From positions 8,208 to 72,207 of the forward strand of contig LCKE01000001.1 in NCBI GenBank assembly GCA_001001205.1: DNA of 64,000 nucleotides, written 5' to 3'. Shown here one piece after another: positions 40,528 to 49,457 of this stretch. The DNA is from Parcubacteria group bacterium GW2011_GWF2_45_11 (GTDB lineage: Bacteria > Patescibacteriota > Patescibacteriia > UBA1558 > UBA10009). The position numbers were made by a program, and so were the translations under genes. A model generated the notes under the pieces. That model worked only from the letters and a program-made list of their open reading frames with translations. It did not search any database and was not told where the DNA came from. How positions within the stretch are numbered: the stretch's first letter is position 1; every line of letters begins with the position of its first letter.

Positions 40528-42207
40528 ATGCCCCAAGAGGAAATAACAATTTTCGCCCAAACTAATTTTAGAAACCAAAAAGCCAAGTTTGGCATAAAAA
40601 CTGACGACCGCCGCCGGCATTTTTACGTTTTGGGCAAAACGGGCATGGGTAAAACCAACCTTTTGGAAACCATGATCATCCAGGATATCCAACGGGGGAA
40701 AGGCGTGGCCGTGGTTGATCCTCACGGCGAATTGGTGGAAAACATCCTCAGGTTCATCCCCAACAGGCGGATTAACGATGTCATTTACTTTAACCCCTCG
40801 GATATCAATTTCCCCATCGCTTTTAACGTGCTTGAGCAGGTCAGTCCGGAACACCGGCATCTGGTCGCCTCCGGTCTGCTCGGCGTCTTTCAAAAAATTT
40901 GGGCCGATTCCTGGGGGCCCCGCCTGGAATATGTTTTAAACAACGCCATTTTGGCCTTGCTGGAATACCCGGGTAGCACTCTCTTAGGCATCATGAAAAT
41001 TCTGGTTGACAAAAATTTCAGGCAAAAGGTGGTCAGGAATCTTTCGGATCCGGTGGTTAAATCATTTTGGGTGGACGAGTATTCCAATTATCCGGACCGC
41101 TTCCAGTCCGAGGCGATCGCGCCGATCCAGAATAAAGTCGGCCGCTTCCTCTCCTCCTCCATGATGCGCAATATCGTCGGCCAGGTTAAATCAACCATTG
41201 ATATGCGCAAAATCATGGATGAAGAAAAAATTCTCCTGCTGAACCTGTCCAAAGGCAGAATCGGGGAAGACAACTCAGCTTTACTAGGCGCCATGATGGT
41301 GACCAAAATGCAGCTTGCCGCCATGAGCCGGGTGGAAATGCCGGAAAGCGAGCGCCGCGACTTTTATTTGTACGTGGATGAGTTTCAAAACTTTGCCACC
41401 GACAGCTTTGCCAACATTTTATCGGAAGCGCGCAAATACCGCTTAAACCTTATTTTGGCCCACCAATACATTGAACAGCTGTCCGACACGGTGCGGGCGG
41501 CGGTTTTTGGCAATGTCGGCACTTTAATCTGCTTTAGGGTAGGCGCCGAAGACGCTGAATTTTTGGTTAAAGAATTCACGCCCCGTTTTGAAGAAACTGA
41601 TCTGGTCAATCTGGGTAAATACAATGTTTATCTTAAACTGATGATTGACGGCTTAGCTTCGGAGCCTTTTTCTGCCACCAGCCTGCCGCCGGAAACGGCG
41701 CCGGAAGATTATGCCGAAGTCGTGGAAAAAGTCATCAAGGTCACTCGGGAACGCTATACCACCAAACGGGAAATCATTGAAGAAAAAATCACCCGCTGGA
41801 GCGGCCTTAATCACGATAAAGAAACTCCGCTCAAAACCGAAAAGCGAATTTTTCCGGAAAAAAAGCCCTGGCCGGCCGCCAAAACCGAAAAACCAAAAGA
41901 GGCAAAAGATAAAAAAACCAGCCTCAGCGTCATCTGCGACTCTTGCAAAAATTCCACCACCATTAATTTTGTTCCCGACCCGACCAAGCCGATTTACTGC
42001 AAGGACTGCCTTAAAAAAATCCGCCAGGCCAAAATCATAGCTGAACCAGCTGGGCCGTCTTTGGCTGAGCGCGTTTTAAGCCAAAACACCATTTCCCTCA
42101 AACAGGCGCTTAATCTGCCGGTTAAAGATTTTAAAAACCACAAAAATAAAAACGAAGCTTACGACTCCGGCCGCAAGATTGAGCCGGGGGAAACGGTTAA
42201 TTTTTAA
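40528..42207 (+). CDS. VirD4/TrwB-like coupling-protein ATPase with a C-terminal CxxC-x17-CxxC zinc ribbon
   Basis: Walker A GKTGMGKT, DPHG, Walker B LYVDEFQN, EARKY, AHQ, and CDSC-x17-CKDC. Confidence 0.88.
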   Translation: MPQEEITIFAQTNFRNQKAKFGIKTDDRRRHFYVLGKTGMGKTNLLETMIIQDIQRGKGVAVVDPHGELVENILRFIPNRRINDVIYFNPSDINFPIAFNVLEQVSPEHRHLVASGLLGVFQKIWADSWGPRLEYVLNNAILALLEYPGSTLLGIMKILVDKNFRQKVVRNLSDPVVKSFWVDEYSNYPDRFQSEAIAPIQNKVGRFLSSSMMRNIVGQVKSTIDMRKIMDEEKILLLNLSKGRIGEDNSALLGAMMVTKMQLAAMSRVEMPESERRDFYLYVDEFQNFATDSFANILSEARKYRLNLILAHQYIEQLSDTVRAAVFGNVGTLICFRVGAEDAEFLVKEFTPRFEETDLVNLGKYNVYLKLMIDGLASEPFSATSLPPETAPEDYAEVVEKVIKVTRERYTTKREIIEEKITRWSGLNHDKETPLKTEKRIFPEKKPWPAAKTEKPKEAKDKKTSLSVICDSCKNSTTINFVPDPTKPIYCKDCLKKIRQAKIIAEPAGPSLAERVLSQNTISLKQALNLPVKDFKNHKNKNEAYDSGRKIEPGETVNF

Positions 42208-42225
42208 AGCAATCTTTAAGACGCT

Positions 42226-43767
42226 ATGATAAAAAACCGGGCAGTGGCGGCGCTGTTAAAAGCCTGGACTTTGTTACGCCAAGCATTCAACCGCCAAAAA
42301 ATTTACGAAATCCTGCCGGCTTTTTTAGTTTGGCTGACTTTTGTTTTGGCCATCGTGGTTTCGTTCGCCAGGCCGCTGTGGGTCATTGTTTTTATTATTA
42401 TTTTTGATTTATTATGGCTAATCAGGGTTTATTACCTGGTCGTCCATTTGCTGGCCTCGTGGATCAGGTTTAAACACGACGCCAAAATTTCCTGGCTAGA
42501 TGAGCTTAAAACCCTGCCGGACAAAAACTGGGAAGACTATTGCCACCTGATTTTTTTGCCGACTTACAAAGAACCTTATGAAGTCATAGATAAAACCTTT
42601 GACGCCCTGGCCAAAGTCAATTATCCCACGCCTAAATTTTTACTGGTTTTGGCCGGCGAGACCAGGGATAGAAATAATTTTTTAGACGTTGCCGAGCGTC
42701 TGAATCAAAAATACGGCCATAAATTTTTAAAAATTCTGGTCACGCTCCATCCCCAAAATTTAGCCGATGAAATTCCCGGCAAAGGCTCAAATATAAATTA
42801 CGCCGGCCATCAGGCGCAAAAACTGATAGACGAGCTTAAAATTCCCTACGAAAAAATTATTGTCTCGTCCTTTGATATAGATACCTGCGTTTATCCCGAC
42901 TATTTTGCCTATTTAACCTATAAATATATAACCCATCCCCAGCCGGAACACGCCAGTTTCCAGCCCTTGGCCTTTTATCATAACAATATCTGGGAGTCTG
43001 ACCCGGTTACCCGGGTAGTGGCCAATTCCACCACTTTTTGGCTGATGACGGATCTGGCCAGGAACGAACGGCTGTTTACTTTTTCTTCACACAGCATGAG
43101 CTTTAACGCCCTGGTTAAGGTGGGTTTTTGGGAAAAAAACATTGTCACCGACGATTCCCGCATTTTTCTGCAGTGCCTCCTGCATTACAACGGCGACTAC
43201 AAAGTTGAACCCCTGTACATCCCGGTTTCCATGAACACGGTTTATATGGGACACTTTTGGCAAAGCCTTAAAAACCAATACAAACAGATGCGGCGCTGGG
43301 CCTGGGGCGCGGAACACATCCCTTATATGCTACTGAATTATCCCAAGCATCCCCGGATGCCTTTTAAAAAAAAGTGGTACTACCTCTTTAACCAGCTGGA
43401 AGGCGTTTATTCCTGGGCGACCGCCCCTTTATTGATTTTTATCCTCGGCCGGTTGCCCTTGATGCTGGCGGATAAATCCGAGCAAAGCACTATGGTGGCT
43501 CAAAACGCCCCGTTCATTTTGGAATACCTGATGAATTTCGCCATGATCGGCCTGATTCTTTCGGCGATTTTCAGCACCCTGATTTTGCCGCAAAAACCCA
43601 AAAATAAAAGCTGGCTTTATTATCCCATTATGGTTCTTCAATGGCTGCTTTTTCCGGTAACCATGATCGCTTTCGGCTCATTGCCCGCCATAGACGCCCA
43701 AACCAGGCTGATGATCGGCGGCAAAGCCCGTTTGGGTTTTTGGGTTACGGAAAAAAAATCACTGTAG
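42226..43767 (+). CDS. Polytopic GT2-family (processive-type) glycosyltransferase
   Basis: Motifs GKGSN, FDID, TDD, and QMRRW (QxxRW), with flanking TM helices. Confidence 0.88.
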   Translation: MIKNRAVAALLKAWTLLRQAFNRQKIYEILPAFLVWLTFVLAIVVSFARPLWVIVFIIIFDLLWLIRVYYLVVHLLASWIRFKHDAKISWLDELKTLPDKNWEDYCHLIFLPTYKEPYEVIDKTFDALAKVNYPTPKFLLVLAGETRDRNNFLDVAERLNQKYGHKFLKILVTLHPQNLADEIPGKGSNINYAGHQAQKLIDELKIPYEKIIVSSFDIDTCVYPDYFAYLTYKYITHPQPEHASFQPLAFYHNNIWESDPVTRVVANSTTFWLMTDLARNERLFTFSSHSMSFNALVKVGFWEKNIVTDDSRIFLQCLLHYNGDYKVEPLYIPVSMNTVYMGHFWQSLKNQYKQMRRWAWGAEHIPYMLLNYPKHPRMPFKKKWYYLFNQLEGVYSWATAPLLIFILGRLPLMLADKSEQSTMVAQNAPFILEYLMNFAMIGLILSAIFSTLILPQKPKNKSWLYYPIMVLQWLLFPVTMIAFGSLPAIDAQTRLMIGGKARLGFWVTEKKSL

Positions 43768-43783
43768 CCGCCGGCTTCTCTCC

Positions 43784-43792
43784 TGTGGATAA
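43784..43792 (-). promoter_or_regulatory. Single consensus DnaA box
   Basis: TGTGGATAA, which is TTATCCACA on the minus strand. Confidence 0.4.
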
Positions 43793-43893
43793 GTTAGCGC
43801 TGTCATTTTATCCGCGAATTCATTATAATGTAAGCTAAAGATATCAAAATTCTTCTTAGTGATTTGATTTAATCTGAGCTAAAATAGGGAGAA

Positions 43894-43953
43894 ATGAAAA
43901 TGATTGTTTCAGTCATTTTATTGATGTTTACTTTAGTCATTAATAATGCGTAA
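43894..43953 (+). CDS. Putative 19-aa hydrophobic peptide
   Basis: MKMIVSVILLMFTLVINNA*, preceded by AGGGAG and an upstream TATAAT (43824). The stop lies in a hairpin followed by a T run. Confidence 0.4.
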   Translation: MKMIVSVILLMFTLVINNA

Positions 43954-44144
43954 TTTAGGTTACGTTTTTTATTTTTTAGATAACTATCGGTTAAGCCAGC
44001 TTAAGTTAAGCTTTTAAAAGGTCGGTAAGCTTAAAAACTTAAAGAGCTTGGCTGACTTAACTAGTAAATCCAGCATGAAAGTGCGGGTATAATAACTATT
44101 TTATATATTTTATATATTTATAGTTTAAAAAAGGAAAACTTCTT

Positions 44145-45671
44145 ATGAAAAAAATTTTATTAATCTCCGTCTTGTCTTTATGCGCCATGACGGTAGTTGT
44201 GGGTTACGCGGCCGCGGCCACAACTATCAGCACCAGCATTAATACAGGCGGAACTTTGACGGTTGGCGCTGATGCCGCCGGCACCGACGTGCTCTTTTAC
44301 ACCGACGTATCCGGCGAAGAGCTGTTGTGGGATGCCAGCGAAAACATGCTGACCATTGACGGCGCCAACGGTGCCAATGCCTTGCAGGTTACCGATGGCA
44401 ACGTGGCTTTTAGCGATGATTTGGCGGTAACGGCTAACACCACGGTTGGTGGTACTTTAGGCGTAACAGGAATCACAACCTTAACAGGTAATCTTAATAT
44501 TAACGGTTATGCCACCACCACGGCGGCCAGCGGCAACTTTGCCACCGAAGGCACCTTAACTGTTGTAGGCGCAACCACCATGACGGGCAATTTCTACGTT
44601 AACGGTTATGCCACCACCACGGCCTCAACCGGCGCCATTGCTACGGAGGGCGCGCTAACCGCAGACGGCACCGTCACCTTGGCCACCACTACGGTCAACG
44701 GCTTTTTCACCCTTAATGGCGTCAGAGACGCAGGCACCGGCTATGATAACTTTATGACAGTCAGCGGTGATATAACCGGCACGGTTGGTGGAGCAAAAAC
44801 CCGCGGCGTGCTTGTTGATTTGACCCGCCCGGCCACGGCCGACAGTACCGAAGGCGACATTGAAGATACCGGCATTATGGTCAGGGTCAAAACATTGTCA
44901 GATTCAACCACCGCCGGCAATAAATTAACCGGTTTGGACGTTGAATCCAAAGCTGATAACCCGGATGGTACCATTACCAACGTGCAAGGCGCGGCCATAA
45001 CGGCCAAAAGCGACACTAGCGCTGGTTCTGTGGCCTCAATGTGGGGCTTATTAGTCAATGTCCAAAATAATGCCGCCGTCACCACCGATTTAATCAGCGG
45101 AGATTTCCGCATGTTCAGGCAGGCCGCCACTGAACCGACTAACGAATTTGTCCTCAGGGTCAGGAACGAAAACACTTCCGGCACCGGCGTTGATGCCGGC
45201 GTGCGCATTTACAGCAACGGTTCCAATGGCGTTGCTTCAGCCGCTTTTGACTACGCCATTGATATGTCCAGTTCCACCATCAATACGGCTGATATTCGCT
45301 TATCCAATGGCGCCTTAATTGCTAATGGCGACACCGACACTTTAACGGTTACCGAGGCTGTCAGTTCTTTTGTCGGCGCTATTACTGTTACTGGTGATGT
45401 TACCGTTAACGGTTACGCCACCACCACGGCGGCCACCGGCGCATTCGCCGCCCAAGGTTCTGGTGCTTTCGGTACCACGACGCCGACTTCCAAGCTTGAT
45501 ATCTTCTCAACCGGCACTTCCACGATGATTATTGACAGTAGCACCAAAGGCGGCTGTCTCTGCCTTAAAGACCTGGATAGCGCCGGTTACACTTGTATCG
45601 CGGCCAATGACGGCGTCATAAGCTATGACACCTATGCGACTGAAGCTTTGGCGGCTGCTTGCGGAGATTAA
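44145..45671 (+). CDS. Secreted T/G/A-rich beta-repeat surface or fibre protein
   Basis: Signal peptide, NGYATTT three times, short beta repeats, and a Cys-containing C-terminus GGCLCLKD...YTC. Confidence 0.8.
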   Translation: MKKILLISVLSLCAMTVVVGYAAAATTISTSINTGGTLTVGADAAGTDVLFYTDVSGEELLWDASENMLTIDGANGANALQVTDGNVAFSDDLAVTANTTVGGTLGVTGITTLTGNLNINGYATTTAASGNFATEGTLTVVGATTMTGNFYVNGYATTTASTGAIATEGALTADGTVTLATTTVNGFFTLNGVRDAGTGYDNFMTVSGDITGTVGGAKTRGVLVDLTRPATADSTEGDIEDTGIMVRVKTLSDSTTAGNKLTGLDVESKADNPDGTITNVQGAAITAKSDTSAGSVASMWGLLVNVQNNAAVTTDLISGDFRMFRQAATEPTNEFVLRVRNENTSGTGVDAGVRIYSNGSNGVASAAFDYAIDMSSSTINTADIRLSNGALIANGDTDTLTVTEAVSSFVGAITVTGDVTVNGYATTTAATGAFAAQGSGAFGTTTPTSKLDIFSTGTSTMIIDSSTKGGCLCLKDLDSAGYTCIAANDGVISYDTYATEALAAACGD

Positions 45672-45768
45672 CCCCTAAATTAACTTATTGTCTTTACCTT
45701 ATCAAAAGGTCGAGAAAGATAATAAATGTAATTTAGCTTCTTTATTAAGTTAATTTAGGACGCATCTT

Positions 45769-47319
45769 ATGAAAAAATTTGCTTTAATTACGCTGGCGAT
45801 CGTGCTGGCTTTAAGCATAGCCTCACCGGCTCTGGCCACTGATCTTGTTCTGCAATCGGGCAGTCAGATAACCGTTGACGATATGACCTTTACCATCAAC
45901 GGCTCAGTGGACTCCATTACGGTTAATGCGAGCGATTTCACGGTCACTATCACCAACAGTTCGGCCACCATCGTCTCCAATGACAAATATACCCTAAGCT
46001 CCACCTATGGCGTCTTTGACTGTTACACCGGCTACTCCCAGATGTTCCTCCAAAACAGCGGCACGGTTACCCACACAGTCACGCCTTCTAGCACTGTTTG
46101 CAACACCACCTCTTACACGGGCGGCGGTAGCAACAGCGGCGGTACCAGTTCGGGCGGCGGGGGAGGCGGAGTTTCACCGACTTCCGGAGAAACCACGCCC
46201 GTTACCACTACTACGCCGTTGACCAGTTTAGACAATTATGCCAGCGGTGGTGGAGAAGTAACATTAGCCAACCCGGTCAGCCAGAGCGTTTTCGCCTCCA
46301 CCGAAAATTCCGTTGCCCTGAGCGATAATTCGGTCAATTTGAGTCTGCCGGCCGGAGCGGTCAGCGACAGCGGTTCCCTGAGCATCACGCCCGAGGCCAC
46401 CTATGCCCAGCCCAAAGCCGGTTACGCGGCAGTCAAATCCCAGGCTTTTGAAATTAGCCTGGAAAACAGCGCCGGCGCTGAGGTTACCCAGCTGAACGGC
46501 ACAGCGACCTTAACTTTCAGCTACACCGATGAACAAATCTCCGGTTTTAGCGAAGGCACGCTGGTCGTCAGCTATTGGGACGAAAATCTCGCCCAATGGG
46601 TAGACCTAACAACCACGGTTAACGCCGCTGGCAATACCATTACCGCCACCACCAATCACTTCACCAAATTCATCATTCAGGCTAAATCTCTGACGGTCCC
46701 GGCCGGTTCTTTGGTGAAAACCGCCTCTAACCCCGCGGTTTACTACATTGGGCATGACGGGGAGCGCTACACTTTCAGCGACGACAAAGTCTTCTACAGC
46801 TGGTATACAAACTTTGACGATGTCATCACCATCACCGACAGCCAGATGTACGCCTTTCCCCTGGGCGGGAACATTACCGTCAGGCCGGGAACCAAGCTGA
46901 TCCAATTCGTCGGCTACACTCTTGAAGGCCAGATGACGGTAGGCGACCCCAAAGTTTATGCCGTTGAACCGGGCGGCGTCAGACGCTGGATTGAAACAGC
47001 GTCCATCGCACAAACCCTCTTTGGCAGTAACTGGGAACAAAAAATCTACGCCGTACCCACCACTTTGGCAGGTTTTTACAGCTTGGGCAGTTCTCTGGCC
47101 GAACCCGTTTATCCTTCGGGTGCCGTGGTCAAAGAAACTTCCAGCAATAAAATCTATTACATCAACGCGGCGGAAAAACGGCTGATAAACACCGGCGGCC
47201 TTTCGGCCAACGGTTTTCAGGCACTGCATTACAATTCTGCCACCAGTTTAAGTAGCTATGCTCTGTCTACTGATTTAAACGACTATCAAAACAGCATTAG
47301 CTGGACTGGCGGGAAATAG
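45769..47319 (+). CDS. Secreted S/T-rich surface protein (S-layer/adhesin candidate)
   Basis: Signal peptide, Gly/Ser linker, LSLPAGA...YWDE...TTNHFT domain, and C-terminal GSLVK...VYY repeats. Confidence 0.8.
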   Translation: MKKFALITLAIVLALSIASPALATDLVLQSGSQITVDDMTFTINGSVDSITVNASDFTVTITNSSATIVSNDKYTLSSTYGVFDCYTGYSQMFLQNSGTVTHTVTPSSTVCNTTSYTGGGSNSGGTSSGGGGGGVSPTSGETTPVTTTTPLTSLDNYASGGGEVTLANPVSQSVFASTENSVALSDNSVNLSLPAGAVSDSGSLSITPEATYAQPKAGYAAVKSQAFEISLENSAGAEVTQLNGTATLTFSYTDEQISGFSEGTLVVSYWDENLAQWVDLTTTVNAAGNTITATTNHFTKFIIQAKSLTVPAGSLVKTASNPAVYYIGHDGERYTFSDDKVFYSWYTNFDDVITITDSQMYAFPLGGNITVRPGTKLIQFVGYTLEGQMTVGDPKVYAVEPGGVRRWIETASIAQTLFGSNWEQKIYAVPTTLAGFYSLGSSLAEPVYPSGAVVKETSSNKIYYINAAEKRLINTGGLSANGFQALHYNSATSLSSYALSTDLNDYQNSISWTGGK

Positions 47320-47337
47320 AATAGGTTTTGCCAATTT

Positions 47338-47372
47338 AAAAAACAACCGTTGGGTTTTCCGGCGGTTGTTTT
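47338..47372. terminator. Bidirectional intrinsic terminator
   Basis: AAAACAACCGTTGG-GTTTT-CCGGCGGTTGTTTT lies between convergent genes. Confidence 0.8.
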
Positions 47373-47376
47373 GATT

Positions 47377-48324
47377 CTAGCTAAAAAAATAACCGTTGAT
47401 AAACTCCCGTGCCAACATAGCCCGCTTGCCCTCCGGCTGAAGCTCGTTAATCAGCAGAGAGTCCTGACCGCACTTGACCAACAGCCGGCCGTTAATCTTC
47501 TGAAACTCACCGACTTTGCCCGAGACTTCGCCGGCGGCCAAACTAACGGACAAAAGTTTGACTTTTAACTTTTGCCCGAGGCGGTTTTTTGATCCGTCCG
47601 CCTTGTGTCCGGTAAAATAAGTAAAACTGCCCGGCCAGGGAAAATAAGCTCTGATTTGACGTTCTATAGCCAGGGCGGTCTGACGCCAATTGATTTGACC
47701 GTCGGCGCGTTTTAAAATTTTAGTAAAAGTCGCCAAAGACTCGGCCTGTGCCAGAGGTTGAATTTGGCCGGACAAATAATCAGGCAAAATCCGGCAGAGC
47801 AAGTCCGCGCCGCTTTGGGCCAAAAGGTCATGCAAGCTTATAGCGGTATCGGAATCTTTGATCGGCAATCTTTGGCTTTGGGCCACGATCGGTCCGTGAT
47901 CCATTTTTTGATCCAGTTTGATTAGGGAAACGCCCGTAAACTCATCACCGTTTAAAATAGCCGATTGCATGGGGGAAGGTCCGCGATATTTTGGCAAAAA
48001 GGAGGGATGAACGTTCAAACAGCCCAAAGGAAAAAGATCCAGAATCCTCTGCGGAATCAGCCTACCATAAGCCACCGCCACGCCAAGATCGGCTTTAGCC
48101 TCCTGCAACCTTTCCAGGTTTAAGCTCTGGCTGACTTTAAGCCCCAGCTGTTTGGCGGCGGCTTTAACCGGCGGCGGTCTTAAAGCCAGCTGGCGGCCGG
48201 CCGGTTTATCCGGCTGAGTAACAACCTGCACCAAATTAAAACCGCGCTCAGATAGCAGTTTAAGTGAGGGCACGGCGAATTCCGGCGTGCCGAAAAAAAT
48301 TATTTTTGCCACTTGGTTAGACAT
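47377..48324 (-). CDS. fmt: Methionyl-tRNA formyltransferase
   Basis: Motifs FFGTPEFA, VTQPDKPAGR, NVHPSFLPKYRG. Confidence 0.96.
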   Translation of the reverse strand: MSNQVAKIIFFGTPEFAVPSLKLLSERGFNLVQVVTQPDKPAGRQLALRPPPVKAAAKQLGLKVSQSLNLERLQEAKADLGVAVAYGRLIPQRILDLFPLGCLNVHPSFLPKYRGPSPMQSAILNGDEFTGVSLIKLDQKMDHGPIVAQSQRLPIKDSDTAISLHDLLAQSGADLLCRILPDYLSGQIQPLAQAESLATFTKILKRADGQINWRQTALAIERQIRAYFPWPGSFTYFTGHKADGSKNRLGQKLKVKLLSVSLAAGEVSGKVGEFQKINGRLLVKCGQDSLLINELQPEGKRAMLAREFINGYFFS

Positions 48325-48342
48325 TACCTTATTTTATATCGG

Positions 48343-48846
48343 CTAACGTTCATTCAGTTTAGCCCGGGCGATCAAGGCTTTGACTTTATCTTCGCCCCTG
48401 GTGTACTTAAAAATCTTATCAATGAATAAAACGCCGTTCAGATGATCAATCTCATGCTGAATAACCGTGGCCAGCAGGCCTTCCGCTCTGAACTTCAGAC
48501 GCCGTCCGTTTTTATCCTTATAAGCGATTTTAACCCAAAACGGCCTTTTAACGAGGCCGTAAATTCCGGGAAAGGATAAACAGCCTTCATCAACCGTATT
48601 TTTTTTAAACAAGGCCCGCCAGCAGATTCTAGGATTGATCAAAAATTCCGGACCGCCTTTCATTTTAATGACAGCCACCCTCAGTTGGCTCTTCACCTGG
48701 GAAGCGGCCAGGCCGATGCCGTCCTCTTTCAACATGGTTTCAGACAGCTCCGTTAAAAATCGCTGAAATTCAGGTTCCTGGATCTTGGCGACTTTTTTGG
48801 TGCGTTGCCGCAAAATTTTGTCTGGATACTTGATAATATTTAACAT
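48343..48846 (-). CDS. def: Peptide deformylase
   Basis: Motifs GIGLAA, EGCLS, QHEIDHLNG. Confidence 0.97.
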   Translation of the reverse strand: MLNIIKYPDKILRQRTKKVAKIQEPEFQRFLTELSETMLKEDGIGLAASQVKSQLRVAVIKMKGGPEFLINPRICWRALFKKNTVDEGCLSFPGIYGLVKRPFWVKIAYKDKNGRRLKFRAEGLLATVIQHEIDHLNGVLFIDKIFKYTRGEDKVKALIARAKLNER

Positions 48847-48905
48847 TTTTGCTGTTTTTTAATTATTTGTTATAATTCTACTACAGATTCAAAATTTATT
48901 AAAAT

Positions 48906-49172
48906 ATGGGGTTTAGTGACTTTAAAAAAATCGGGGAAATTTTATCGGCCAAACAATCGGTCAGGTCGCCGGCTTACGCCTGGCAGGAGCTAGCCTTAAC
49001 CATCATCAGTGAGCTTAACGTGCCGCCATTCAAAAAAAGCGCTGTTTTTAAAATCTGCAAAGATTACCCCAAACCTTTTATTGAGCGCTGTTTAAACGAC
49101 ACCAAGGAACTGGCCAAAGGCCAGCGCTGGAAATATTTTTTCAAGCTGATTAGCCCTAAAAAACTGGGTTAA
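48906..49172 (+). CDS. Small basic hypothetical protein
   Basis: Has an upstream TGTTATAAT and a downstream terminator. Ends in WKYFFK. Confidence 0.7.
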   Translation: MGFSDFKKIGEILSAKQSVRSPAYAWQELALTIISELNVPPFKKSAVFKICKDYPKPFIERCLNDTKELAKGQRWKYFFKLISPKKLG

Positions 49173-49204
49173 AAAATTTCCGCGGCCTTAAGCGGAATTT
49201 TTTT
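49171..49204. terminator. Intrinsic terminator
   Basis: AAAAAATTTCCGC-GGCCTTAA-GCGGAATTTTTTT. Confidence 0.75.
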
Positions 49205-49263
49205 ATGATATAAAAAAAGATGTAGTCTGCCCGCCCGTTAGTCAAAAATCATGTGCCTCTTTC

Positions 49264-49427
49264 TTGTCATTTCGGCCGAGGACAAACTTTAGTGAGGACG
49301 AGTGCCTGCCTGCGCAAAGCTGTTGCTTCGCTACGGCTATAGCAGGGAGAAATCCCTCGTGTCCTGGCTTATAATCAAGAGATTTCTCCGCTCGTTCGCC
49401 ATTAGGCTCACTCGGTTGAAATGACAA
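49264..49427. repeat. Palindromic MITE/REP-like element, copy B
   Basis: Termini TTGTCATTTC...GAAATGACAA. The left 94 bp is the reverse complement of 54102-54195. Confidence 0.88.
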
Positions 49428-49457
49428 ACAATCACTTAACCCATCACGTCGGGCACG

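Noticed and set aside
43784-43816. Replication origin
   Set aside because: Only one perfect DnaA box and one weak one, with no dnaA or dnaN nearby.
49242-49427. 61-aa ORF (and the 70-aa ORF at 50563-50775)
   Set aside because: These are chance ORFs across palindromic repeat DNA.
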